A stretch of DNA of 64,000 bases from the human T2T-CHM13v2.0 reference genome, Homo sapiens: NCBI RefSeq assembly GCF_009914755.1, contig NC_060926.1. One strand, written 5' to 3'. The notes beneath the pieces are model-generated. The model did not search any database and was not told where the DNA came from. It was given only the letters and a program-made list of their open reading frames with translations. Position numbers and translations under genes: made by a program. Below are positions 46,866 to 61,172 of this stretch, one piece after another; position 1 is the stretch's first letter, and every line of letters starts with the position of its first letter.

Positions 46866-49074
46866 ATCTCTAATAAATGTCTCTAAAATCCCATGATTGC
46901 AAAAAGTAGAAAATATGTCATGTAGCCTATTATATCATTATATTATAAGGTGAGGCTATTGAAGGCAAGAGGGGAAATGACTTGCTGAAGGCAACAGAGC
47001 TGGTCTGCAGCATGGCCAAGACCAAAAACAGCTCTTTTCGCTCCCAGATAAATTGTCTTTTTTATTTTTTCCCAAACTGCCTGTCTAACCCCCCTTTCAT
47101 CTGGTTATAATGAATGCCATTGCTTGTGTATAGTTGCCTACATTAATAGACAACAATGCAATATTCTCCTTATGGAAACCCTACCTAGATTGGGAGGCAC
47201 CATGAAGCCACTTTTTCTTCTTTCTCCATCTCTACCCTGATTAGCAAACATCTCTAATTATTGTGACTCCCAACCCCAGTCAGATCATTTTATTCTTTTT
47301 CCAGTATCTATGCAGGGAAGCCTGGCAAAGGCTTAAGGGATGGGGTGGGGTGTAGCATGTCAGCAGGATTTGGAACTATGGGCCCCATACTTTTGGCACC
47401 TGCTGCATTTTCTCCCCACCTGCTGCACCATAATTCATCTGCTTGTATGAGTTTAGCAGAAAGAGCCCCCAGTTCCCTGTAAGAAACACATACGGCTTTT
47501 CCAGGTTACACTGTGGGGATTGAGAAAATGCACAGTATCCATGTCTGGAAATCAATGGACAACTCACTGCCTGAATCGTTTGTGTCTTGTAACTTGCCTC
47601 AAGCAACATCTGTCTGAAAAATCTGGTGCTTTGGGCTAAATGACTGGATATTCTCCTAAGGAATGGCAGTGAGTGGGTTAATTTCACCTCTCATCTTACT
47701 TCCTGCCTGGCCCCTCTACCTTGCCCACCATGCCTGGCTTTGCTGCTGATCTTCGGCTGACCTGAAATTGAACACCTTAACTTAAGGACAACTAAGGGTG
47801 TAGGTAGATTGGGAAGTATGTGTTCTTCTTGCTTTGCCAATAATTGTCTTCTGGATTCATTGGCCTTTCTTCTGGTTTCCTTCTTCAACTTCTTTAACAA
47901 ATGACTTCAGCCATGCCAAGCCTTCTTTTAAGCACTTTCCCTCTCACTCTCCTGTCCTATAAAGATATCTTTCTTGAAGCCCCTCCGTGCCAGGCGTCCA
48001 AAGTGAGGCACATCAACTCGGTCCTTGAACGTCTCATGTTTATCCCAATAGATGGTCTAGATGTGGATGAATGTAAAGGAAATGTGCAAATAAGATACTT
48101 TTAAAATTCAGACAGAATTATACAGGGTGGGAAATTTCAGTATACATAGAAGGCTTAATTCAAAATGATATAATGTCAACATTTGGTATAAGAAATTATT
48201 TATCTGGCAGAATATATACTCACAGATGTCAAAATGGGTCTAGAGAGTAGAGAATGGAGGCAATTATCCAGACACTGAGGCCCAAGGCACAATACTTTTA
48301 AGTAATCATGCCCTCAACTGGCATTTCCATAGTCTTAAGCCCAAAAGCATTGGGTGGAACCATTCTATAAGCAAAGCCTCAGCTATGAAAACAACTTTTA
48401 AAATTGACATTCAAAAGATAAGATCAACAACAGGTGCCCTTTGCTTTCGGCAGTAGGTGTGTTCTTGAAAAGTTGGTTGTCAATATTTCCTTTTCCCATT
48501 AATCTAATCACATTCTAAATATAACAGGGGGCTGGATGTTTGAAGAAATCCTGTAGTTGATCTCATTGCAAAGTCCTTTTAGAGAGGTAAAAATAGTTTG
48601 TTTTATTTTCAAAAATTAGGTTTTCTTAGACTAAAACTTCTTGGAAGTGGGGGCATATCATGTTCCTGTATATTGCCTACAGGTAAAGAATGTAAGAATG
48701 TATGGCTTAGTCACAGAGAGCTAGGGCTTCAGAAATGCTATATGTATCAAATATTTTATATCTATATTTACTCTGAAGATATGACAATAGCTTTTAATGT
48801 GGGTCGAGAGATATCTAATCTTTCGCTTCTCTTTCAACCTTCCAAAACCATGCAATCCTCATTCCTTCTTTTCAATAACCTCCACATGCCCCCTTCATCT
48901 GTCCCACCCAAAGGAAACTCTTTTAACTTACCATTTAATTGATCAACTCTGATGACCTTTCCCTAAGCTCTCTGTGCTAAAATAATCTGGTACTTTGGGC
49001 TGAAGAAGTATTCTCCTAACGATGGAGGTAGGTGGCAGTCAAATGACGCAGAGATTATGATAGGGCCCTGTCTA

Positions 49075-49548
49075 GGCTGTCACATAAGGTAACATTAGCC
49101 ACATGTGGCTACTGTGTACTTGAAATGTGATGAATGCCATTGAGAACTGAATTTTTAATTTAATTTAAAAATGGAGTCGCATTTCTGTTTTAGGAGAACT
49201 TCTAAGTATGTCTGAAACAACTTGATCATGTTTCAAGTGTAAGTTTTATTAGATCTAAATCTAAATCAAGTATTTCGAAAAAGTATTTTAGCATTTGAAT
49301 AGAGATGTGCTCTAAGTATAAAACACACAGTGGATTTTGAAGATTAGTAAGAAAAAAATGAATGTAAACTATTTCATTAATAAATTTTTATATTGGTTAC
49401 ATGCTGAAATGATAATATTTTGCATATATTGGGTGAAATTATATATATTATTTAAATTAACTTTCCTTTTTTTTTTTAAACTTTGTGTGGCTACAAGGAC
49501 ACTGAAATTAGAAACATGGCTCGAATTATGCTTGCACTGAACAAGGCT
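49075..49548. mobile_element. Charlie1-family (Charlie1b-like) hAT DNA transposon derivative
   Basis: tagccacatgtggctactgtgtacttgaaatgtg...gagatgtgctctaagtataaaacacac...attggttacatgctgaaatgataatattttg. Confidence 0.75.
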
Positions 49549-49804
49549 AGTCTAAGGTATGCAATTGCCCTGCTTCTTCACTACTTTCAAGTGTAAACAA
49601 ATATGTCAGCATTATCCCTAGAAGGAGGGTTTAGGGGTTTTAAGTTGAATACTCTTCAGCTGAAGAAAATCCATTAATCTCCAGTTTTATTCTTGAGTTA
49701 GCTTTCAAATCTACATTGCGACAATAATTACTTTGGGATCTTTGAATTTTCTTTCATGCCTTTCTGTTCTATGAAGCCCACATGCGTAGTTTATGCATTT
49801 TCCA

Positions 49805-49849
49805 ATTTAGGCTAGAAGTCCAATGTGCTGTCCATTGCACCACAGAGCC
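49805..49849 (-). pseudogene. tRNA-Arg(TCT) 5'-half retropseudogene including the start of the intron
   Basis: Minus strand reads GGCTCTGTGGTGCAATGGACAGCACATTGGACTTCTA-gcctaaat: 34/37 match to the recalled 5' exon of human intron-containing tRNA-Arg-TCT; anticodon at 49814-49816; TSD TATGCATTTT at 49792-49801 and 49857-49866. Confidence 0.88.
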
Positions 49850-50689
49850 TGTTTGCTATGCATTTTTAAGAGTAAAAGTTTCAGAAAATACTTAAATTAA
49901 AAAGATAGATTTGGAAAGCATATCCAAAATGTTGCTTTGAACTTCTTATTCTGGACAATTCCTGGACTGGGGAGAAGGCATGCCCAAGTACACATTGCTT
50001 GCAGTGGCACCTCCAAACCAATGCTGGTCGGGACTCTTCCTATTACCTCGCAACAGCAATGACTGGGCCCCATAATACAGCCACGGTCATTATAAAAGAT
50101 CATTACAAAGCATCAAATTAACTGCTATTAATGAAAGCCAGAAACACGTCATTCAGGAGGTCGAATGGCTGGGATGGAACATACAGGGTTGAATAATGGT
50201 AGGAGCCTGGGTTTGGAATTAGAAAACTGGGACAGGAATCCTACTTCTGCTATGAATCCATTGCAAGTGACTGGGCAAGTTGTTCCTCACTCCCTACTGC
50301 CTTGCTCATCTATCAGCTGAGAATGTCAAGGCAGAAGGTCTCCAGGGCTCCTGCAGGCTCCTACAAGCCAGATCTCAATCCGTCTTATCCTACCCTCTTC
50401 CTGACCTCTAGCTACAAGAACAGCAAGGCACAGCCCCCTGGTTTTGAGAATGCTAATGCTTGCCAGCATTCTTGTCCTGCAGGGCATGAAGTATAGTCCT
50501 GCACAACCAGCAGGCTCTGTGACTGCCTAACCTCATCCTTGGTCACTGACCTCTGTCTTAGTAGCAGTACGTGCCATCCTACCTAGCTTTGCTGGGTCAA
50601 GTGCGTTCACATCTTAAAACCGTTTGAAGCGTTTGTCTAATTAACATGCAGAAAGCATATACTGATTTTTATTTTCACCACCATGTATG

Positions 50690-51250
50690 TGAGGGCCTAT
50701 TTTATGGCATGCAAAGCATCTCATTTTTATTTCAATTCTCTGTCTTGTAACTTTAAATGAGGCTGAAATTTCCCTCCATATGTTTATTAGCATCTTCTAT
50801 TTTATCTCTTATACACTGACTGTTTGCATCTTTTGCCCCATTTCCCTGAATGGTTTTTTTCTCAATGATTTGTAAGCACTCTTTATATTTAAATATGTTA
50901 ACTCTTTCTTGTCACATATTTTAAACCCTTTCTTACAAACGTTGTTTTCCGGTTTGTGACTTACCTTTTAATTTTGCTCATAAATTACTTTTAACTTACA
51001 GATAGTAATATTTTTGAAAGGTTACATTCATCAGTCTTTGTATTGTTAAAAAGAGTCTTTATTGTTATACTTTTAAAGTAGCTTTTCCACTCCTAGTCAG
51101 ATACTTTCACATATAATAGTTGTCTACTTTCCTCCTGAATTAATAGGGATTTATTTTGGCGTATGGTGTGAAGTAAGAAGCTAAATTCTTTTTCTTTTCT
51201 CTGCATCATCAATGATCTCTTACACTGTTAAATAAACTAGTCTTTTCCTT
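50690..51250 (-). mobile_element. Ancient L1M fragment
   Basis: catctcatttt...atatgtttattag...ttttgcccatttt...gatttgtaagcactctttatatt...gatttattttggcgtatggtgtgaagtaag. Confidence 0.7.
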
Positions 51251-51962
51251 CTGCTTTCCACACCCATTTAACCTAGCCCACTGTTGACATCATCAGAGAA
51301 AACTTTTCATCAGAAAGTCTGAACAGCACAATTATACTGTATCAATCCAGCTTAAATTACACATGATTGTTAGGATGGGTAGAAGGTATGATAAAATGGG
51401 GTGAAAGTAAAATGAATGATCATCGATATACATGATGTCAAAAATTTGGGTATAACTGAAGAATTTTAGTAATTTAAAGATTTCAGAATTTAAATAATGA
51501 AATATCTGATACATTCAATTGGAAATTTGGTTGAGATCAGCTGACTTGTTAATTGGACTTCACTGATAAACATTTGCCTTAAAATCTGTAGAATCTAAAG
51601 CAGGGTATACCTAGTAGGCGAGTAAGACATCATTTCTGGAATCAAGGGGGCTTTTCAGTGTTGACCAGATGTTTATCACTGCATGGGCAAATGGCCCAAG
51701 GAGTATGGTTGTGGCTTGGCTTATTTCTTCTTAACGCAGATGCAGTTGCTTTCTTTCTGGGTGGCAGTGTGGAGGATAACTGGGGTCGGTGGGGACATAA
51801 AGTCTCACAAGGGGAGGAAAGCCCCTCTGTGGGCTCTCTGGGCCAGCCACCCTCCTTACAAAGTGGGATGTCAGCTTCTGCTCTGACCAGAGTCAAAGTA
51901 GGCATCAGCTATTGCCATTACTGTTGTTGTATAATATGGTGAATAAAGGAAATGTGTTATAT

Positions 51963-52972
<1,010 letters not shown>

Positions 52973-53099
52973 AATGTGTTATATTTTAAGAGCTCAGTTA
53001 TCTGTTACCTATTTGCCAGTGACAGGAACTCATGTCTTCTGAGGCAGTTGGTCTCATTTATGGTAGATATAATTAATTATTATCTAATTATTATTGCCC

Positions 53100-53400
53100 T
53101 TGAATTATTTGAAGATATCATCAGGCCCTCTCTTAAACACTTCCGTTCATGTGCTTTAGCTTCTTTATATGGCCAGCCACTCTCTGTGGATATGTCCAGG
53201 TTTGTTGATGTCCCCTTGACATCAGCCAACCATAACTTAACACTGGATGAGAGCTAAGCAGTGCTAAACTTATCACTTCCCTCGAATGTGTCATTATACT
53301 TTTATTAGTGCTGCTTGGGACTAGATTTCCTTTCTAGCAGCCAAGTCATGTTTTGGGCTCATATGCAGCTTGTAGCTAAGAAAGCCTTGAGTTGTTTTCC
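53100..53400 (-). mobile_element. L3/CR1 LINE fragment
   Basis: ctctgtggatatgtccaggtttgttgatgtccccttga...aacttaacactg resembles the CR1/L3 3' ORF2 region. Confidence 0.45.
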
Positions 53401-54214
53401 TATAAACCGTCTGAAACTATTTTTAGAATTCAAGTTACAACTCTGAAGTCCTGGGTCTTACTTAATCAATGATACCTTCTGAGATAAATACTGAAAATCC
53501 TTCAAGTATAGAACAAGGACATCCTAACTCTGGGCATCTGATGTCTGTTAAATGTATCACATTTTATTTATTTGTATTTTTTAAAGGAAGTGAGAAGGAG
53601 AAGTGAGATGCTGAGCATCAAGCTGGGCAGAGTTGTCATGTTGTGATCTGAGATTCTGTCCTGTTCTTCAGGATTTAAGGAGTCGCTAACCAATGCCAAG
53701 CATGGGCTCATCGGGTGCAGCTGGGGAGGCAATTACTTCAACTCAGGAGTTTTCAAAAACTTTCCTTATGCCTGCTCACAGGATTTCATGGTGTTTTTCT
53801 TCTTTGTTGTTACTTTTGTGGAAAAGGAAAGTTACCAGTGAACAATCTCTGTGACCTTCCTCTCAATCCCAAAAATATGCTTGTGATAAATCAGCAGTTT
53901 ATTTTAATGCCTCATTTGGAGGCATTGCTTTTCCAAGAATGAATCTTTGCATATTATCTGAGACATCATTTTGGTGTAAGGTAGAATTGTACCAGGTATG
54001 TATCTTTGTGGCCAACTATACTGTCAAAACTGAGTTTCAGTCATCCAATAAAAAGGAAGCTGTCTCTGAATTCAGATATTCCTCCATTCTAAGGGAACTG
54101 AAGTATAACATAAAATACTTAACATTCTTTCTGTATATGTGAAAAAACCATACCTAAGGAATTTTATTATTCAGCCCATGTTTCTTTATTGTATCCAGTA
54201 TAACATACTCGAAG

Positions 54215-54302
54215 ATGTATATATACACATATATAGATATACAAAGCATCTATACATCTAGACATGTATATATACATATATATATACACACACGTATATA
54301 CT
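54215..54302. repeat. (TA)/(CATA)-rich microsatellite
   Basis: gtatatatacacatatatagatatac... Confidence 0.8.
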
Positions 54303-55976
54303 GTACTTCAATCATCTATATTAAATTGTGATAATATCACATTACCACATGTTGATGGCATTCTTGTAATCTGCCTGAAATTCATGAAAACACATGCAGT
54401 GGTCTGGCTCATGTTGTCTCAGGGAGTGCATTCTGGCTCCCAGTGATCATCAATTACTTTTATAAAAGTTCACCAATCACTTGTTGGTTTCCGGAAAACA
54501 AATTTAAAGCAAACATTATTAATGTCAAACTTACACATTTTGCTTTCTGGAATCAACTTTTTTATTTTAAAAATTGAGAATATAATTTCTGTCTTTTGTT
54601 TCTTTGGGCATTTTTCTTATTCTCCACAATTATTCAAAGATCCTTAGCCATAGGTCTGAAAGTGTTTGTTTCAGCTCTCATCCCCCTTCCTTGCAGGTAA
54701 GGCTGGCATTCCACAGCCCTGGATAACTCCTCTGTGCTAGGTCTATGCCTGCTCCTGGGACACTGAACACTCCTAGGTTTGCAGGGTCCACGGTGTCCTT
54801 CGTGTCCCTCCCTGCCCAGCCTCAGCAGGAGCCCCCTGCTCCTAGACCACTCCCTTACTGAGTCCTGTAGATGTTCCAGCACACACAGTGCCTCCCTTCT
54901 CAAGGCCCCAGCCCCAGCCCCTTCTCAGGTCATTTGGGGGCTTACATCACCTGCTACCTGTGTGGAGATGGAGGTCTGTTTCCCAGCACTGCCTTGCTTT
55001 TCCTCCTGCCCCACTGCATTTAATCACTGTGATAAGAGGAAACAAAGAGGGAACGTCATTGGTCCCATTCCTCTGAATCTTGACCACGAAAATATCTTGA
55101 ATTGCCTCCGTGTCCCCACCCAACATCGCCTCTTGCACTGCTACCTCTGCCTGAGTGCACATCAGCCAAGAGCCAGGAACCACTGCCCAACCACGACCCA
55201 GGCACAGACCCTTATCTCTAGCCTAGAGAAGAGGTGTGTTTCTTTCTAATCATCTGGTATGTATCCAAGGAAACCATAAATTGATCATTATTTTTGTATG
55301 TGGAATTAGAAATATTCATATAGACATACATTCTTTGGTTTTTATTTTTTTATCATCCCTAAAATAAATAGCAGATGTTCTCAAAATGGTTTATTAATTT
55401 CAGTCCTAAGATTGTATAATTGATTGAAACCATAAATGGCAGACAGAAGAACAGCAACAGTGAAAACCAAGATTAATTCTAATAAATTCATTACAATGGC
55501 AGGAATCAAGTGTACTTTAAGCTCACTGTAAAGTTTTCAGTGTGTTGTGGATTCAGAGGCAGTAGGTGATGACTTTTATTATATATTCTTAAGTACCTGG
55601 TTTTGGAGGGTGATGGCTTGTTGGAGGGAATGATGCTGAAGGAACATAATAAAACAATATGATAAATACAGGGAGAGAAGAAAGACAAAGGAAAAGAGGA
55701 AACAAATGTCAAGAATAAGATGAATAGGTAGGGGAGAAGAAAAAATAAGTTGTCATAATTTTATATTCCAAGGACTACGCTAGTCCTTGGACTACGCTGG
55801 TAAAAAGAAATCTAATCATGAGGCAGAGAATTTTATTTATTTCCCCATTCCTTTTGGCTCGTGGCTTGAGTTTGCTCTGGCTTTCATTGAATACATGGGC
55901 CAAGGCAGGATGAGCTTCTGCCTGAACCGCTGGGATGTTATTCCTGATCTCATGGAAAGACATGTCGCGGCTTCTG

Positions 55977-56416
55977 ACCCTGTGCCTCTGTATCACTGTG
56001 TTCCCTGTATTCCTGTGCCCCTCGTATTAGTTTTCACATTGCTAATGAAGACATACCAGAGACTGGGTAATTTATAAAGGAAAGAGGTTTAATGGACTCA
56101 CAGTTCCACATGGCTGGTGAGGCCTTACAATCATGGCAGAAGGCGAAGGAAGAGCAAAGGGACTTCTTACATGGTGGCAGGCAAGAAAGAGCATGTACAG
56201 GGGAATTCCCTTTTATAAAACCATCAGATCTCATGAGACTTATTCATTACCAGGAGAACAGTATGGGGGAAACCGCTCCCCATGATTCAGTTATCTCCAC
56301 TTGGCCCTACCCTTGACACATGGGGATTATTACAAAATCAAGGTGAGATTTGGGTGGGGACACAGTGAGACTATATCACCCCTGTATCCCTGTGTCTCTA
56401 TATTCCTGTATCCCTG
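55977..56416. repeat. Degenerate ~8-bp (CCCTGTRT)n tandem repeat split by a THE1 insertion
   Basis: tgtgcctc-tgtatcac-tgtgttccc-tgtattcc-tgtgcccc left of the LTR; tgtatccc-tgtgtctc-tatattcc-tgtatccc right of it. Confidence 0.7.
56023..56378 (-). mobile_element. THE1 solo LTR
   Basis: (C)GTATTAG...gagactgggtaatttataaaggaaagagg...gagatttgggtggggacacag...TATCA; TSD CCCCT at 56018-56022 and 56379-56383. Confidence 0.93.
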
Positions 56417-56679
56417 GCTGAATGGGTCAAAGTAATGATCAGCCCACAGATATGCATTTGCCTCTGCTGAGAATAGAAAGGAATATAAATGAAGTCTTTT
56501 TCTTCATGGAGCTTATTAACTAGATGAAGAGAGAAAGCCTGTGGGAAAAGACAAATAGAACCTTCAGGTTCTATGCAGTGAGTGCCCAAGTGGTGATTGT
56601 GAAAATGAAAGTGCAGCCCTGCAGATGAGCAGAAGCTCATGGTGGGACCTTTCATGCAAGCTATGCAGAGGAGAGAGCA

Positions 56680-57225
<546 letters not shown>

Positions 57226-57989
57226 TATATTGGAACCCAGGGTTTTCAGAGGAGAATTCTCAAGGAGATAGGGCTTTCCTGCCTTGTGCCCATATAAGGT
57301 TGTGGATCCCAAGGGAGGAAAGCATTTTCATCAGACTGGGAGAGGCAAGAAAAGGTCACTGGCAGTATAGATTCTTCTGGAGTTCACTGGCAACTTGTCC
57401 CACTTCAGTTCTCCCTTAATCTTTCCAGATGTGCAGATGTATAGCCTGGGTGGATGAGCCAAAATGAATTCAAGGCTAAACAGGTCAGCTGGCTCAGCCC
57501 ATGGGAAGCATGCTCATCCCAAAGCAAAGGTCTCTGGCAGAAATTTCTCTGCACTTATTTACCCTGCTGTCTTCACATTGGGGTGCGGAGTCTAATTCAA
57601 AAACTCCAAGGCATGAGTCCAAGCCAGGGAGCTGTTAGAGGTGCACATGGGAGATCTTAGCAAGAGAAAAATATATGTTTTAAACCCTAGAAAGAAGAAA
57701 GTAAATGCCTCTCATTTACTTTAAACAAATAATATGGCCAAGGTCACATAGCAGGAAAGTGGCAAGGGGTCTGTCCTCTTTTCACTGTTCAATCATGACC
57801 ATATTGTCCTGGAGGCCTAGGGGCAGGATATAATGAAGAAACATCCAATTTTGACAGAGTGGGTAAATGGGATTGTGGGACTTGTAGTGAGCTGATCTGT
57901 CTTCATTCATGTAATTATCAATATCATTTCAATGACCATGATGTTGATATGGAAAATGATGAGGATGATAGTACAGAAAGAACATGAAT

Positions 57990-58235
57990 ATTAGCTGATG
58001 TCTATTGAGTGTTTCCTGGGTGCCAGACACCACCGTTAAGTGCTGAACAAGGATTATAGAATTTAATTCTCTAGTGACCTTTTGAGATAGGTTATATGAT
58101 TGTCAGCTTTCCACAAATGAGGAAGCCAATATTCAGAAGGATACGGTGCTGAAGCTTATGCAGTAAGAAATAGTAGAAGCAGAATTCAAACTCAGGCAAT
58201 TGAACACCAAAATTCAAGCTCTTAATTACTATTTC
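57990..58235 (-). mobile_element. MIR
   Basis: tattgagtgtttcctgggtgccagacac...acaaatgaggaagcc...gtaagaaatagtagaagcagaattcaaactcaggc...gctcttaattacta. Confidence 0.75.
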
Positions 58236-58789
58236 TAGAACCCTCTGACTGACTGATTCCTCCCTCACCACAGCCAACTTTTGCATCCCCCATTTCTGGA
58301 GAGCATCTCCCCACATGGTATATACTCAAAGGTCCCATAGTGATCCTCTTCCCAAAGAGCGTGAATGAGGGGTTTGAAACTGCCAGAACTCTGGTCCAGA
58401 GCTTGGACTTTTGATGCGAATGATGGAGAAACCAAGAGGTTGATTTCCTCAGCCTTCAAGAGAGCTCATCCTCAGCTCTCTAAAGCTGACCAGAAAGAGG
58501 AGAGTGGGACCTATGAAAACAGCAGGAGATGGGAGGGCTTGAATTCCTAATGCTATACCCATAGGTCATTGTGCCATGGTCCTCTGCACCCCCAACACCC
58601 CCAACACTGATCCTGAAGGTCTCCACAATCTTCATCTGCCTCTCTCCTTTCACCTTCTTTACACTCTCATTGATAGCCTTGGTTTTTTCTATACCTCCAG
58701 TATTCCCATTCCCATGATAGCCATTTAAGGACAGGGCACTTCCTGGTCACCATAAGGAATATTGTGGGAATGTTCTGCTCATGGATATT

Positions 58790-59262
58790 GCATCAGAATA
58801 GGTCTGGAAATGAAACACACCAACAAAGTCAACAGAGGAGAGTCCAAGCAAAGCGTCTGTTTACAAAGTTGTGGAAGGTTTAGGGGAACTCATTATGAGA
58901 TAGTTGAAGCAACCCAGAGCTAGGAACAGTGGCGCTCTTACCACACCAAGGTTTGAAGGAGCTCGGGTTTCTGGAACCCAGACATAGCAGCAGCAGTTGT
59001 GATAGAGGAGTTCCTGGCAGAAGCCATAGCTTTCAGTTGAGAAGGTGGTCACTGCCAACCCATGGCTCAGCTGGAAGGTAACCAGAGAATAAATTCCCCA
59101 AACTCTTTCTCTTCCTTTCCTGTGCTCTCTTATTGGTGCCTCCCATTGAGAGAACCCAACCAAAGCCAGCTGTAAGGGAAACTAATGAGGCATTTCCATA
59201 TAGCTCAGCCTGCTGGGAAACATGTACTATAGAAAAGGGTGGAGAGCGGATCTAGAGAGGCA
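58790..59262. mobile_element. LTR41-like ERVL LTR
   Basis: tttacaaagttgtggaaggtttagggga...ttaccacaccaaggtttgaaggag...ggtgcctcccattg...aacccaaccaaagccag...gggtggagagcggatctagagaggcaaa. Confidence 0.65.
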
Positions 59263-59524
59263 AAAAAATTAAACAACGGCACCGATGTTTACATTTCTTT
59301 CTGATGTAGAGACCTCATACCACTTTTCTGTACATCTTACTTTAATGTGTAAAAAGGCCTATAGGCTCTTTCTCTAGGTTCAGTAAAAGATGAACTAGGA
59401 AACATATGCCACATTTGAGCTTCCTCACAGCTTGGCCCCTGCAAAGCTGTCCCCTTCTAAGAACTAAGTGCCCTGGGTATTCAGTGCTGTGTTGTCTGGT
59501 GACTTCGCAGCCCTGTCAACATTG

Positions 59525-59870
59525 TTTTTCTGTTTGTTTGTTTGTTTAATTATACTTTAAGTTCTAGGGCACATGTGCACAACGTGCAGGTTTGTTACAT
59601 ATGTATACATGTGCCATGTTGGTGTGCCGCACCTGTTAACTCGTCACTTACATTAGGTATGTCTCCTAATGGTATCCCTCCCCCATCCGCCTACCCCACG
59701 ACAGGCCCCAGTGTGTGATGTTCCCCACCCTGTGTCCAAGTGTTCTCATTGTTCAATTCCCACCTATGAGTGAGAACATGCGGTGTTTGGTTTTCTGTCT
59801 TTGCGATAGTTTGCTCAGAATGATGGTTTCCAGCTTCATCCATGTCACTACAAAGGACATGAACTCATCC
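59525..59870 (-). mobile_element. Short L1PA (roughly PA4-6) 3' end, ~340 bp
   Basis: tatactttaagttctaggg...catgtcactacaaaggacatgaactcatcc; (GTTT)n tail; only CATTG shared by the flanks. Confidence 0.92.
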
Positions 59871-60129
59871 ATTGGCTCCTCCTCAGAAAGGTGGAAAAGC
59901 AGAACCTCTTAAACTGCTCCAGGTTTCCTGGAGAGCCTTGCCTTAAAAAAGGCCCTTTTTTTGGGGTGGGGGGGACACCAATGCCGTGACTCCTTCAAGA
60001 ATGTGATTCTAGCAAGAGACTGAGCTCTATTCTTTTTCTTCCTCCACCCTCTCTTAAGGCAAATTGAGTCAAACCATCTCAGTCTACCCACACCATCCTT
60101 CTTTAATTTCTGTAGTTAAGAGCATAAAT

Positions 60130-60293
60130 CCCTTCCCTATTCTGAGTGTGGTTCATCGACCTACAGCATCAGCATCACCTGGGAGTCTGTCAGAAATGCA
60201 AAATCTTAGGCTCCAGCCCACATCCCTGAGCCAAATCTGCCTTTTGCAAGATCCCCAGGTGATATACATGTACATTAATTTTAGGAGGATTGA
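60130..60293. mobile_element. MER5A-like MITE (left arm of inverted duplication)
   Basis: agtgtggttc...cagcatcagcatcacctgggag...agaaatgcaaaatc...caagatccccaggtgat. Confidence 0.8.
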
Positions 60294-60364
60294 TGTAGCC
60301 TGTATGCCATGGTAAGAGGCATGCAATGTAATGTTGAGTTTCTTTCTTTAGAATTTATAGTAGC

Positions 60365-60760
<396 letters not shown>

Positions 60761-60954
60761 TTAGTATTTATTGAATAGTTTATATCTTTCAAAAAGCTTT
60801 TATAACTCATTGGAGTCTCGTCATAACTCCATGAAATACGTAAGGTAGATAATAGGAGCCACATTTTCCACATGAGGATCTGAGGCATGATTAAGTAAAA
60901 TCAGTCCTCTGCTAGGTGGAATGGTTTTGAGACCAGATACTAGGGCTCAGAACT

Positions 60955-61172
60955 CATTTTAAAGCTGTTGTGGCAGCTATCAATTCTGAAGAAAGTCAAC
61001 ATGGCATAGCATGCCTCTTACCATGGCATACAGGCTGTATCAATCCTCCTAAAACTAATGTACATGCACACCACCTGAGGGTCTTGCAAAAGGCAGATTT
61101 GGCTCAGGGATGTGGGCTGGAACCTAAGATTTTGCATTTCTAATAGACTCCCAGGTGATGCTGGTGCTGTAG
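60955..61172 (-). repeat. Inverted copy of 60161-60716 (MER5A part plus unique flank, lacking the Alu)
   Basis: Reverse complement aligns with the left arm: 13 mismatches in ~168 bp in the outer part. ORFs 60064-60315(+) and 61018-61227(-) share ...QPTSLSQICLLQDPQV...RRID.ACMPW. Confidence 0.93.

Noticed and set aside
47691-47900. Basic ORF MLKKLKKETRRK... with a possible minus-strand exon at 47700-47761
   Set aside because: Non-ATG start, weak acceptor, no recognisable homology.
48434-48456. GTGCCCTTTGCTTTCGGCAG resembling the U6 snRNA 5' end
   Set aside because: Similarity stops after about 15 nt and needs gaps; no TSD or further U6 sequence.
55977-56416. Short repeats flanking a unique segment, superficially array-like
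   Set aside because: A degenerate 8-bp tandem repeat split by a THE1 LTR with a normal 5-bp TSD; not CRISPR-like, and the DNA is eukaryotic.
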